Shown: positions 26,801-39,533, numbered from the stretch's first letter. The stretch is 64,000 nucleotides of DNA from Eledone cirrhosa (GCA_964016885.1 OZ024743.1:255192001-255256000), one strand, 5' to 3'. Translations and numbers: made by a program. Notes: a model not told the origin generated them from the sequence alone.

Positions 26801-27302
26801 AGGAGTTTATACCTGTGAGGGTGATAGTGTTGGCATCAGATTTAGTGGAGATATAATTGCATTTTCAACTTAATGTCTTGGAAAGATTATTTTAAAAAAA
26901 AACTTGTGTGTGCTGTGTGCTGTGTTGTGTTTGTATAGTTTGTAATGGTGTGTTATAAACGGTGGTGTGGTGTAGTGTACTGTGCTGGTGCTATAATATG
27001 TTATGGGGTTGTTATAATTTGTTATGGTACATTATGGGGTGATCATGTTTTAAAATGTGATATGATGTATGATGTGAGTTTTATCTTCTAGTTTCTATAT
27101 ATATATATATGTGTGTATATATATATGTATATATATGTGTGTGCTTAAAAAACATAGACGTATTGAGACATTTCAATGTTTTCTTCTTCCACTTATGGCC
27201 TCCCTCACTTTTCATAGTCACTATCAAATATTCAGTTATTTGGGCAAATTGTTTTCTACCTTTCATGCAATCATGTCTGTTTTATTACACATACACACAT
27301 AC

Positions 27303-27365
<63 letters not shown>

Positions 27366-27486
27366 TATATATATATATATACACACATATACATATATAT
27401 ATATACACACATACATACATATATGTATATATATATACATACATATGCATATATATATTTGTATACACACACAAATATATATATAT

Positions 27487-27530
<44 letters not shown>

Positions 27531-27533
<3 letters not shown>

Positions 27534-27690
27534 AAAAGGTATGTCCTCGACGGCAGAGGTCAAGCCGTTTTGACGGCTTGACCTCTGCCATCGGGGACAT
27601 ACCTTTTCCTATTACCCACTCTACTACCCTAAGTATTGAGTACTCTGGTGCGTTATGGTTCATCTGGTTCCTTACCACAACTCCTTCGTT
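27531..27690 (+). mobile_element. Short foldback insert, same family as 16168
   Basis: Inverted arms centred near 27571; tail ...CCTTACCACAACTCCTTCGTT(AT)n. Confidence 0.8.
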
Positions 27691-27763
27691 ATATATATAT
27701 ATATATATATATATTTGTATATATATATATATATGTATATATATATGTATAAATATATATATG

Positions 27764-27814
<51 letters not shown>

Positions 27815-28098
27815 ATATATATTATATAAAACATATATTACTGCTTTGTTAGTTTTATTGTTATACAACTTTACATTTTATAGTTGTCATCTTGGTTTCT
27901 GACTTGTTTCATTACTCTGACCCCTAATGTACAGTCAATGGGAGAAACAACTTTTTTGTCACTTCTTATTTTTTTATTCTTTACCTTTTACCTATTTTCA
28001 TTTATTTTCATTGCTTGCTTTTGTTCTTTTTATTCTTTTATATTTTCCAATTGATAAATCTTTCTGGTGAATTGCTTTTCTCCCTCCTCTCCTCCCCG

Positions 28099-28136
<38 letters not shown>

Positions 28137-28349
28137 CGTATCTCTTCTCTCTCTCTGACAGTCTGTTTCTCTTTCTGTCTTTCTCACTCTCTCTCCATAT
28201 CTCCTTGTCTCTCTCTGTCTATTCCTCTCTCTCCTGAGATTAAATGAAGATTTCTTTTATCACCCATTGATTCTGTATATGTGATTCCTGTATTGTCTAT
28301 TCAGTTATCAAAATCACTTTCTCACTTTCTCTCTTTCTCCCTCTCAGAT

Positions 28350-28465
28350 TCCTACATTTTATTATTATCATTATATATGCACTATGTTTTCGTCCTGTAC
28401 TATCATAATATTTTTCTTGATGTTAACCCTTGTGGTGAATAAAGAAATCATCATTATCGTTATTA
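28350..28465 (+). mobile_element. Tx1-like 3' UTR remnant
   Basis: TTTTTCTTGATGTTAACCCTTGTGGTGAATAAAGAAATC matches 1320-1358. Confidence 0.65.
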
Positions 28466-29147
28466 TCAGAGCTTAAATACAGTCCAGTTAAGAGAAATAA
28501 TTGAGTAATTGGCCTAATATATAGTAAAATGGAAAAAAATTAAAAGTTATAGCTTACATCTATGCAGATTTAGCTGGTGTCCTACAAGGCTGAATCTCAC
28601 CTGTGGTTTCTCAGATGATTTAATGATAGGGATCCTAGATCTGTATCAAACATTAATGTGAAATGAAGTGCTTGCTAAGAATCACAGATGCTGCAGGGTC
28701 CAAGAATCAAAACCCCAACCTTTTAATCTAAAATCCAACATGTCAACCGTATGGTAACGCCTTGTGTCTGAGGAGAACCAATGATGGGCTATATCATATT
28801 ATTTAATTTTTTGTGGCCATTGCACATATGAAGCTCTTCTATTAACTCACCTCTTTTTATATTATATACTTTCAAATAATTTGTTTCGTTGACCTACATT
28901 TCAACTAAATCATCTTGGCAGGAAAACAAATGAAGCTTGTTGACTTCTATAACAAGGATTATCTCTATAACAATGGTTTTTCTGTTGTTTGCCTTAGGTA
29001 ATTTTTTACATGACGCCATCATGTGTATTAAAGATAGAGGTGGTTGCCATGCCTACTCGAATATTTGGAATGTAAGGAGCCAGAAAAAATACTCCAAAGC
29101 ATTTTATAAGACATTCTAACATCTCTGCTAATTCACCACATATATAT

Positions 29148-29390
29148 ATGAGGGTATGCTGAAAGGTTTATAGACTGACTATGAAGGGGTGGTGCTAGAG
29201 CTGTGAAATATTGTATGCTTTAATTTCAACTATTTTTATTAATAACTAGATTATTTCTTTCCAGGGATTATGTTGAAGAATAAACCTCATTTGGTCTTTC
29301 CATGTGAGTATCTTGGTCAACCTATGAACTTTTTCAGCTGACAACGATACTCTCATGGAAGGACCGAATGAGGTTTATTTTTCAACACGC
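29148..29390. mobile_element. Mariner-like DNA transposon relic/MITE with internal inverted duplication
   Basis: TATGAGGGTATGCTGAAAG resembles a mariner TIR; GGATTATGTTGAA resembles a transposase end (DYVE); ~40-bp inverted repeat 29272-29312 vs 29346-29386. Confidence 0.45.
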
Positions 29391-29427
29391 ATTTTTATAT
29401 ACATATATGTATATATATATATATAAA

Positions 29428-29628
29428 TAACGAAGGAATTGTGGTAAGGAACCAGATGGACCATAACGCACCAGAATACTCAATACTTAGGGTAGTAGAG
29501 TGGGTAATAGGAAAGGTATGACCCCGACGGCAGAGCTCAAGCTGTTTCGACAGCTATTTCTGGACTATTTCAGTCCAGAAATAGCCGTTGAAACGGCTTG
29601 AGCTCTGCCGTCGGGGTCATACTTTTTC

Positions 29629-29630
<2 letters not shown>
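29428..29630 (-). mobile_element. Short foldback insert, same family as 16168, opposite orientation
   Basis: Reverse complement of the 16230-16365 segment plus inverted arm; flanked by (TA)n. Confidence 0.8.
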
Positions 29631-29649
<19 letters not shown>

Positions 29650-29659
<10 letters not shown>

Positions 29660-29920
29660 GTAATAATAAATACAAAGATCAAAATCCGCAGAGGACTTGA
29701 TAAGGATTGTATATATATAAGTATATATAAACCCGTAGATCAAATATTTATTATTTACTAAACAATGCCAAAACTAATAGCTAATACTACTGTTGCTACT
29801 ACAAAATCAACAACAATAACAACTGCTATGTGTTATTATTAGTTCAGTAGTTGTTGTTATTATTGTTGTTTTTGTAGTAGCAGCAGTAGTATTAGCTATT
29901 AGTTTTAGCATTGTTTATTT
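29650..29920. repeat. Tail of the 38780-39325 family (minus strand) followed by a foldback with ~70-bp arms
   Basis: 29655-29755 resembles the reverse complement of 39228-39322; 29760-29828 is inverted at 29847-29915. Confidence 0.55.
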
Positions 29921-31034
29921 TCAAGATTGAATGCACTTCATAATACCTATCACTTTACAGAGTGTACTGGGTGTGTTTCTTTGATCCATTACCACTAAAG
30001 CTTTACAGAATTTACAGGGTGTTTTATTTCCTGACAAGAAAACTTATACTATGCAGGTTGTAATCAATGCATTTCATCCTAGCACCAGCACTTGTGAAGT
30101 TGCCCTGTACTCAGCCAGACTGAAGAGTCTTCTTAAACTCTATATCCTCCTAATTCAATCACCAACCCAATAGCCTCCATCCTCTGCACACCATGTTTGC
30201 ATTTACTGCTACAGTGCTTGTAGTGGTGGAAAAGTCTTTTGTATTATGGCATATCTCCACTCTTCCCTTACATCAGTTTTAGTTTCTTGAAGCTTATCTT
30301 CTCAATGTTTTATTTGGTCTCCTACTTTCACAGGTTTCATCCACCACAAGCACTTGGTACTTGTTTTAATATAACACTTACTCTCTTTATGCATTACAAA
30401 AAACACTATTTAACACACATAGTCACAACATCAAATCTTTCTAACACGCAAGTGCACACAAACAGAACCAACTCCATTTAACAAATTTGCATTTACACAC
30501 TATTAGTTCTATCTAACACACAACTATACAGACAACCAGTTCTATCTAACACATAACTACTCACACTCACACACAACCAGCTCTATCTAACACATAATTG
30601 CACACACACCCACACAACTAACTCTTTCTAGCACATAACTACACACAACTGTACATATACACACAAGCTCAAACTAACACACATTTCCACAACTACACAC
30701 AACCAGGTCTATCTAAACAAACCAACACACAGCTAACACATAACAGTACCAATATTATACTGTTCTCAATGAAGCAAGCAGAGACATTTATGAAGAGAAT
30801 TTATACAGAATTTTGGAATTAATGAAAGGAAATCACAGGGTGGTAATTACAGAGAGCTGATGGCGCCATGGAATATTGGTGGTTATAAAATACCAATTTT
30901 GACCAGGAATGATATCCTTAAAATCTGATGAAGACTTCACTAATAATGGCCTTTCTCTTCTCTTGTACCAGTTCCATAGAATATTTATTTTCTGATGGAA
31001 TTAAGCAATGTCATTGAATATATTGAGAGCCATG

Positions 31035-31537
31035 AGTTAACCCATTCATTACCATATTTCTCATGAAAGATATTGCCTATCATTTTCAATTAATCTTGAA
31101 AATAATCAAGAATATGAAGGGATTTAGTAATATAACTAACTTTCTCATTATTACATTCTGTGTTTGGAATATAACTTCACAAATGATCTTAAAGAAAATT
31201 ATGATGAAATGCGTTTAGATAAATATAAACAGCTTAACCATTTCATTACCATATTTCAAATAAAGAAAACTGTTTCTGATTTTCAATTAATCTTGAAAAG
31301 AGTCATGAATTTTGCATGGTTTAGCCATTTAGCATTTAAACCAGCTATATTTAGGAAGAATTCTCTCACCTCTTTCTGTTCAAACTCGGCATAACTGGCC
31401 ACTCATACTGATATTAAGGTATTGTTCTCAAAATAAATAATATCAAAATCTCATAGATTCAATATTATGTGTGATAAAGCCTTTACTGTGAACATATGAT
31501 ATTATATATAGAGTAATGTAAATGCTAAAGGGTTAGT
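31035..31537. mobile_element. Possible piggyBac-type MITE relics (TTAACCC...GGGTTA ends)
   Basis: TTAACCCATTCATTACCATATTTC recurs at 31037 and 31234; TTAGCCATTTAGCATTTA at 31321 is inverted to TAAATGCTAAAGGGTTAG at 31519. Confidence 0.35.
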
Positions 31538-31871
31538 CTAGTAATTACTACACAAAAATTCTGTGAAACTGTTAACATTCTGTTCTGCATTAAGCTGTAT
31601 CCCTTTATTGTAAGGAAGAAAATAGCCCCTTCAGCCATTATTCATCTACTGAGATGCCCCAATCTCAACAGAGCTAGTTTCAAGTAATGCTGAGTGTTTC
31701 AGAACCATTTCACTGACTATGACATGCGACCACTGTATATACAATTAAATACAGTAAGAAATCCTGCCAAGGTCAACTTTGTCTTTTATCCTTCCAGGAA
31801 CGATAAGAGAAAGTACCAGCCATATATACATATCTATCATATATGTATATATAGATATGCATATATATATA

Positions 31872-32555
31872 TAGTGAGAAATTAGGAATAAGAGGGATCA
31901 GATGCTGTTTACTTGAGAGAAGACTACATTGATATGGTCACGTGATGCGCATGAAAGACGACAGCTGCATAAAAAAGTGCAGGGTGATCAAAATTGAAGG
32001 TAGTTACAGAGCAGGTAGACCCAGAAAAACCTGGGACGACCTTACACACGTGCACTTCTCTAAGACAATGTCACTGGACCGAGATCTTTGGTGCTACGCA
32101 GTAATACTGAAGACCCGCCTTGCCTATGTACAAAGCAAAACCTACAGTCAGTAGGCACCTCCCAACCAAATATACACCCCAATCCACTACCCTTACCCTA
32201 TCCTTCCACTCCCACCAACACCACCCTATCTCTGTAAAGTTGGTACCACAACATCCAGTCCAACTAAATGAGATAATGAGATCGAGATCGTGTAGGTGTC
32301 ACAAGAAAAATAAAACAAAAAAAAAACACAGTCCACGCTGTAATGTGGCCGTGTAGGTAACACGGTAAAAAGTTCCCAGTTCCACACTGTAAATGTGGTT
32401 GGTGTTAGGAAGGGCATCCAGCCATAGAAAACCTGCCAGATAGTCCTATATGAGCAAGACACAGTCATCCGACCAGCCTTGCCTCAAATGGGACAACTCC
32501 CATCTAACCCATGCTAGCATGGAAGATGGATGTTAAACGATGATGATGATGATGA
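31872..32555 (+). mobile_element. RTE 3' fragment with long 3' UTR
   Basis: GHVMRMKDDSCIKKCR...GRPRKTWDDL; same family as 37595 and 61010. Confidence 0.85.
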
Positions 32556-33010
32556 ATCATCACCGTTTTACATCCACACTAGCATGGGTTAGACGGGTTG
32601 TCCTGTTGTGAGCAGTGTCCGATCGGCTGACCTTGTCTTGCTCATACGGGAACTGATTCTGGCTTGATTTCTACAGCTGGATGCCCTTCCTAACACCAAC
32701 CTCATTTACAGTGAGTGGTGGGTGCTTTTTTTTCTGTGGAGCCTACACGTCCACTTTACAGTGTGGGCTCGGTGCTTTTTTGCCGTGGCACCTCCACGAC
32801 AACCTTGCAATGGAATGATAGGGACTGGGGTCCCTATCGTTCCACTGCAAAGTGGTCGTAGAGGTGCCACAGCAAAAAAGCACCCAGCACTCACTGTAAA
32901 TGAGGTTGGTGTTAGGAATGGCATCCAGCTGTAGAAATCAAGCCAGAATCAGTTCCCGTCCCACCCTTGCAAGCAGGGAAAAGCTGACGTAAAATGATGA
33001 TAATGATGAT
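32556..33010. mobile_element. Head-to-head SINE/RTE-UTR fragments forming an inverted pair
   Basis: 32645-32800 is approximately the reverse complement of 32850-32957; the two ends carry different RTE-type tails. Confidence 0.7.
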
Positions 33011-33080
33011 ATATATATACATATATATATCTTTATCATCACCATCGTTTTAAAGTCTGCTTACTCTGCTATTTATATAT

Positions 33081-33597
33081 ATATAGACATAGAATATTCG
33101 AAAATATTCTGTATGTTTATAATAAACATTTTGAAGACCTAATCGCTATAGAATAGAATACGTCACGTATTACAATTAGATTCTCGATAAAAGCAAGGGA
33201 AGTAATCTACGCGTTTCATTCTCGTTAGAAATCATCAGGACTACATATCCAGTGCTTTTATCGAGAATGACACAGCTAGAGACTTATAGAATACTTAGCT
33301 GTGTACAGGAACTGGTTTGAAAGAGCGGTTGCCGGTCCGGCAGAAATTAGAAATTGGAATAAATGCTCTGAAATAGCGATATATATGTGAATATAGACAT
33401 AGAATATTCGAAAATATTCTGTATGTTTATAATAAACATTTTGAAGACCTAATCGCTATAGAATAGAATACGTCACGTATTACAATTAGATTCTCGTAGG
33501 TCTTCAAAATGTTTATTATAAACATACAGAATATTTTCGAATATTCTATGTCTATATTCACATATATATCGCTATTTCAGAGCATTTATTCCAATTT

Positions 33598-33600
<3 letters not shown>
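33081..33600 (-). mobile_element. Retrozyme-like non-coding element: 310-bp unit, about 1.3 tandem copies plus 5' inversion
   Basis: 33081-33186 repeats at 33391-33496; 33497-33600 is an inverted copy of about 33347-33450; contains a hammerhead; (TA)n on both sides; no ORF. Confidence 0.85.
33202..33244 (-). ncRNA. Minimal type I hammerhead ribozyme
   Basis: gtagtc CTGATGA t ttct aacg agaa t GAAAC GC GTA gattac; 6-bp stem I; palindromic ACGCGT stem III. Confidence 0.88.
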
Positions 33601-33649
<49 letters not shown>

Positions 33650-33652
<3 letters not shown>

Positions 33653-33765
33653 TCATCATCATCATCATCATTTCATTTAACGTCTGCTTTTTCCCTGCTT
33701 GCAAGGGTGGGATGGGAACTGATTCTGGCTTGATTTCTACAGATGGATGCCCTTCCTATCACGAA
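33650..33765 (-). mobile_element. SINE 3' tail fragment
   Basis: Reverse complement of the 10480-10581 segment. Confidence 0.75.
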
Positions 33766-33774
33766 CCTATATAT

Positions 33775-35078
33775 ATATGAATGTATATTAGGCTTCTACA
33801 TATCCTATCACCAACCTATATATACATGAATGTATATTAGGCTGCTACATAAACTGGAAATATTCTCCGAATTTGTAGAAAACTTATAATGAAACAATTG
33901 TTTGGAAAGAGAGATATATTTTAACTTTATTTATATCTCATAAAATAATACAACTGGCTTTTCCACATAATACATATTGTTAGCACCCAAACACTTAAAT
34001 TGGGTTTATATTAAAATATAACCTGTTTGTTGGGTGAGATGGTTACCAGTCAGAGATTAGCTTTAAACTATCTCTGTTATTGTATTAATATTTTACTCTT
34101 GATTGGCCAGAGGTGTTTATTTCCAGGTACCTTATAAATTTGACTTTCCGTATTTATTACTGTTGTGCGATATTGTGGTTTTTATTGGTTGTAACTTCTC
34201 TGTTTTTTAGCCTAAGAAAAATATATTTATGCCTATGTATATAATTACATGAATACATTTATTTTTTAAAATTAATTGAGTTCTTTACACGAGGAATTGA
34301 TATTAGTTTTGAAATAACTAATTAACCCGCGTGTGTTGTATATTTTACTCTTAATTCGGCCGGAGATTTACATTCCCATTTGCCCTTCTAAGCATAACTT
34401 TCCGTATTTACTACGGTTACGAGATGCGGTTTCTTATTCAGGTACAACCTCTGATTTTAGCCTAAGAAAATATCTATATGCGTGTGTAACTTATACACGC
34501 ATATATTTATTTTTTATTTTCAATTGAGTTCTTAACACGTTGGATTGATAATGTTTTCGAATAAACTGATTAACCCGCGTGTATATTATTTTGTTTCCTC
34601 CTTTCGTGGATCGTAGTTGTCTCCCCTTCCCGCTTAGTGACACTATAACACTTCCTCAGTCAAAAACTGCTGGAATTTCAAATTTGCCGGTCATTCGATG
34701 CGGGAAGGAGCAACTTAACGGACATGATTTTTAACCGTCGTAAGAAATGTTTTTCTTATATCAAGTTTAATGGGCATCCACTGATGATTTATAAACGCCC
34801 ACCTAAATATATTCTTACATGAATGTATATTAGGCTTCTACATAAACTGGAAATATTCTCCGAATTTGTAGAAAACTTATAATGAAACAATTGTTTGGAA
34901 AGAGAGATATATTTAACTTTATTTATATCTCATAAAATAATACAACTGGCTTTTCCACATAATACATATTGTTAGCACCCCAAACACTTAAATTGGGTTT
35001 ATATTAAAATATAACCTAATGTTTGTTGAGTGAGATGGTTACCAGTCAGAGATTAGCTTTAAACTATCTCTGTTATTG

Positions 35079-35082
<4 letters not shown>
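33775..35082 (+). mobile_element. Non-coding hammerhead-bearing element, ~990-bp unit with ~260-bp terminal direct repeat
   Basis: 33825-34088 recurs at 34818-35082; internal ~250-bp duplication 34090-34585; ends in (TA)n. Confidence 0.8.
34777..34900 (+). ncRNA. Type I hammerhead with ~95-nt stem II domain
   Basis: tcca CTGATGA t ttataa...ttataa t GAAAC AATT GTT tgga. Confidence 0.72.
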
Positions 35083-35135
<53 letters not shown>

Positions 35136-35139
35136 AAAG

Positions 35140-36060
35140 ACAAACGGAAATAACAAAGCAAGCAACACATTACAATGTAGAAATATATTACTTGTTTTTT
35201 TGCTTCATAAAGTAAGAAAATAGTCTTAATGTTTTGGATGCTAGTCCTTCATCAGAAAATATAATGAGAAATTAAAGAAAAATAGAAAGAAATGGAAAAA
35301 GCATGTTTATTCACATCACCAACTTTTGGAGAACTATTGATGCTGGTGTTTTGTTTAAGAGGATCGTTTCATAAAAGGAAGAAAAATTGTTTTGTATATA
35401 GGGCTGTACATGTATGTGTGTCTGTTTGTTATTCGTTTGTATGAAGCTAAGAGGATATGTGTGTGTATATGTAGGTTTAAGAGTATGGATGTATGTGTGT
35501 TTGTAAGTATGAAGCTATGAGCATAAGTGTATATATATATATAAGGATGTATGTGTGTGGAGGCAATTGAAATGGAGTATGAATTAGATGATGGATTGGG
35601 CGAGGAAAGGGTGGCAAGTTGAGAAAAGAGGAAGTTAGGCCTTAGGGAGACCTCTGTCGAGATAACAGATTATAGAGAGGGTGGAACAGAGGGTTGCCCT
35701 TATGAGATGGTGGAAAGAGCAAGTAAGGATATGTTTAGTGGTGGGAGCGGAATAGGAAGTGGATGGAATAGTGGGCTTATAGAGGTAGAGAGTGTGTGGT
35801 AAGTGTGGTTAATAGACAGAGAGATGTAAAAACAATAGGACTGAAAACCTGGAGACAAAGGTGGCGAAGGTGAGGGCGGGATGAAAAGACTGAACAAAAG
35901 ATAGAAAGGAGTTGAGCTGTTCATGAGAGAGAGAGGTGGTACCAAAGATATATCCAATGTAACAACCGTATAGCTCAGGGTCTGCACCAGTGTACCTGGT
36001 GAAGATCTTATAAACTCGTATAATTGCCTGAAGAAAGGTCACTAATTTGATGCCTTGTGT
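35140..36060 (-). mobile_element. Decayed PLE derivative (RT remnant plus pseudo-LTR with decayed hammerhead at 35224-35258)
   Basis: PELYGCYIGYIFGTTSLSHEQLNSFLSFVQSFHPALTF resembles the PLE RT RYIDDIF...FHP motif region. Confidence 0.6.
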
Positions 36061-36211
36061 ATTCTGGAGGTATGGAAAAATTTGGGCCTTGAAACCTTAG
36101 GTAATGCCTTCGTTAGAGTATGAACATAAATAAATTATATAATATTTTAGCTCTCTTCCCGATTGAGCACTATGTTCCATTTTCCTTTACACACCTACAG
36201 CTATTACTACA

Positions 36212-36261
<50 letters not shown>

Positions 36262-36470
36262 AACTTAGTTCCACAACAAATTAACAAACCATCTTGAAAG
36301 ACAAATGTTTCACCTAGTGGACTTGAAACTCGAGTTCAAAATCCATTAGGTGAAACATGTGTCCTTGAAAATAATTTTCTAGTATGTTGTGGAACCAGCA
36401 TTATACCGAACTCGTCTTATGGACTGAGGGCTCTATTACTTTGGATATAACATCCCAGTGTTCTACCACT
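36262..36470 (+). mobile_element. Short foldback insert with hammerhead 3' half
   Basis: ATGTTTCACCTAGTGGA...TCCATTAGGTGAAACAT hairpin; GAAAC ATGT GTC; between (TA)n tracts. Confidence 0.55.
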
Positions 36471-36919
36471 ATATATATATATATATATATAATAAAATGT
36501 AGTTTGCTTGAAGCATTGTATTTAATATATAATGTAGAAAGTGATATATGTAAGAAGGCTAAAACAATGCAAAATGGTCGATAAGATGAAGGCAACAAAA
36601 AACTTAGTTACCTGGAAATTGTTGCTCTTTTTTATTGTTATCTATTTTGCGGAGGGTACGTCTTATTATTTCAGGACTTAAAATTCCCTTTGGCATAATA
36701 TAGTGAACTCTCAAACAAGAAAAAACGTTCCAGCCTATTAACTTTGAAATGTGATTTAGATTTAAAATTTATAAACTGCTTTCAAGCATTATTTGACATT
36801 TGTTGTAGTATTGAAGAGAAGTAGGAGGATGACGTCAATTGATGTATGTAATAACTCTTGGAATTGTTGTGTTTAGATTAGATATATATATATATCTCTA
36901 AGAGATATATATATCTCTA

Positions 36920-37495
36920 AGGCGCGTAAAATTCCCGAGATCCATGGACGATTTCTCTCCAGCGGTCTCTGTCCCTCATTATCGCTGCCATGTCCTACAT
37001 CTCCAACAGACCAGTGTCTGTCCTTAGGGCATCAACATACGTTAACCTTGGTCTTCCTCTTCTAGTGTGTCCATGTAGGGGCTCCCAAAGGAGTACTGAG
37101 TGCAATGTCAACTCTGGATGTCGGTGAGTATGTCCAGCTAACCTCAATCTCCTCTGTGTCACTTTTGAGCTGACTTTTGGGATGCTCCCATACAGCTCTG
37201 AGTTTTTCATCCTTAGTGTATACTGATTAATGTTCAGAGCCATCCTCAGCATTCTCGTGTAGCACCCATCCACCATGTGAGTGAGTTTCTTGGTCAGTGT
37301 CCAAGTCTCAGACCCATACAGCAGCACAGACTCCACTACAGCAATGAAGAGGCGGATTTTCAGGTCTCTACGAAGGTCCGACTTCCACACCGATCTCAAG
37401 CTGTGGCACGCCGCCCAGGCCTTGCTATTCCTGTCAACCACATCATCTTCCGTATTCCCAATCTTTGCTCCCAAATACAGGAAGTCCTCAACCAA
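36920..37495 (-). mobile_element. RTE/RTEX-like LINE 3' fragment (different family)
   Basis: VEDFLYLGA, KIRLFIAVVESVLLYGSETW, RRLRLAGH, RRGRPRLTY. Confidence 0.85.
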
Positions 37496-37594
37496 TATAT
37501 ATATATATGTCGAAGGCGTTCTCCAATCGACGAAAGCTAAGTATAGGGGTTTACTTTTAGCTAGGTATTTATATATATATATATATATATATAT

Positions 37595-38780
37595 AAATAC
37601 CTAGCTAAAAGTAAACCCCTATACTTAGCTTTCGTCGATTGGAGAAAGCCTTCGACAGAGTCCCCCGTTCCATTATCTGGTGGGCTCTTAGAAAACTAGG
37701 TGTTGATGAATGGCTTGTGAGAGCTATACAAGCCATGTATAAAGAAATAGTCAGCAAGGTTAGAATTAACACCGAATATAGTGAAGAGTTTAGCTTAAAA
37801 GTTGGTGTTCATCAGGGCTCTGTTCTTAGCCCCCTACTATTTATTATTGCCCTTCAGGCTATAACAGTGGGGTTCAAGACCGGCGGCCCATGGGAACTCC
37901 TATACGCAGATGATCTAACGCTCATAGCTGAATCAATGGCCGAGCTACAGAAGAAATTCCAAACATGGAAGCATGGCCTAGAATCAAAAGGCCTTAAAAT
38001 TAACCTGGCTAAGACTAAAGTTCTAGTTTGTAGGAAAGAAAATAAGGCGCCGGTCCCTTCCGGGAAAAGGCCATGCTCAGTGTGTAGGAAAAGCGTAGGT
38101 AAAAACTTCATTTTATGTCGCAAATGCAAAGTATAATGCATAAAAGATGTAGTGGGATCATAGGTAAGCTAACTAAGAACATAGATTTTACATGTGGCCG
38201 GTGCTCTGGTGCAATAAGTAGCAGCAAGTGCCCTCAGAATACTAGCTCTTTCAATAGCGCAGATTGTTCTATAGAAATAGTGGACGGCCTCCGTTACCTG
38301 GATGACAAAATCAGCAGTGGGGGAGGGTGCTCTGAAAGTACAGTAGCTAGAGTCAGAACTGGATGGAAAATGTTCAGAGAGCTTATACCACTATTAGCCG
38401 CTAAAGGGTTCTCCCTAAAAATGAAAGGCAGGTTGTATGATGCCTGCATACGAACAGCAATGTTGCATGGCAGTGAGACCTGGGCATTGTGTGCAGAGGA
38501 TATACGCAGACTAGAGAGGAACGAAGCTTTCATGCTCCGCTGGATGTGTAATAGTAATATACGCGAACGGCAAAGCATAAACGAACTAAGGTAAAAATTA
38601 GAAATAAGAGGGATCAGATGTTCTTTACTCGAGAGAAGGCTACGTTGGTATGGTCACGTGATGCGCATGAAAGACGACAGCTGTATAAAAAAGTGCAGGG
38701 CAATAAAGATAGACGGTAGCCACGGAGTAGGCAGACCCAGAAAAACCTGGGACGACCTGATAAACTCCGACCTCACACAC
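37595..38780 (+). mobile_element. RTE fragment (RT C-half, PHD-like finger, C-terminus), frameshifted
   Basis: [31 protein letters not shown]...CRKC...HKRC...CGRC, LHGSETW. Confidence 0.9.
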
Positions 38781-39325
38781 TATTGCGGAGATTCATTTGG
38801 TCTCCTAGTTAGAATTTTAGTCTACGACTTCTGCTATACCATTTACGTGGTTTTGTCTTTGCGTGCTATTGTTCTCCACGCTCCACATATAACTTATTAT
38901 CTTCGTTTTTTCGTTCATTGCCAGAGAACGTATCTATGCACCACCTTAAAGAACATTAGTCTACGACCTCTTTTATACCATAAACGTGGTTCTGTCTTTG
39001 CGCGTAATTGTTTTTCACCGCTCCTATTAATGACGTATTATTCGTTTTGTCCCGTTCTTTGCCAGCGAACGTTTCCACGAACCAAAGTATCGTCTTCCTG
39101 TCTTCCTCCGGTTGCAACGTTTTTTGAAATATCCAGTTCTGCGTTAACAGATTGACTTTATTAGTTTCAGAAGATCCCGTTAAGGGTGAAAGCAGCGATT
39201 CTTTGCTTAAACTTTAATCTGTTATTTTAATAAATATTTGCTCTACGGTTCTTATATATTTGATATATATTTTCCTTATCGAGCCCTCTTTGGATTTTAG
39301 TCTTCAATTTTATTATTATTACAAT
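38781..39325 (+). mobile_element. Non-coding element with ~140-bp internal duplication and terminal hammerhead (39163-39213)
   Basis: TTAGTCTACGAC at about 38817 and 38956; agttt CAGAAGA t ccc gttaa ggg t GAAAG CAG..TTG CTT aaact (U4 mutated to A); AATAAA; then (TA)n. Confidence 0.65.
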
Positions 39326-39343
39326 GTATATATATATATATGT

Positions 39344-39445
<102 letters not shown>

Positions 39446-39456
39446 GTATATATGTA

Positions 39457-39533
<77 letters not shown>

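Noticed and set aside
30780-31020. Unique sequence with a short minus-strand frame (MELVQEKRKAIISEVF)
   Set aside because: Too short, closed by stops, no recognisable motif.
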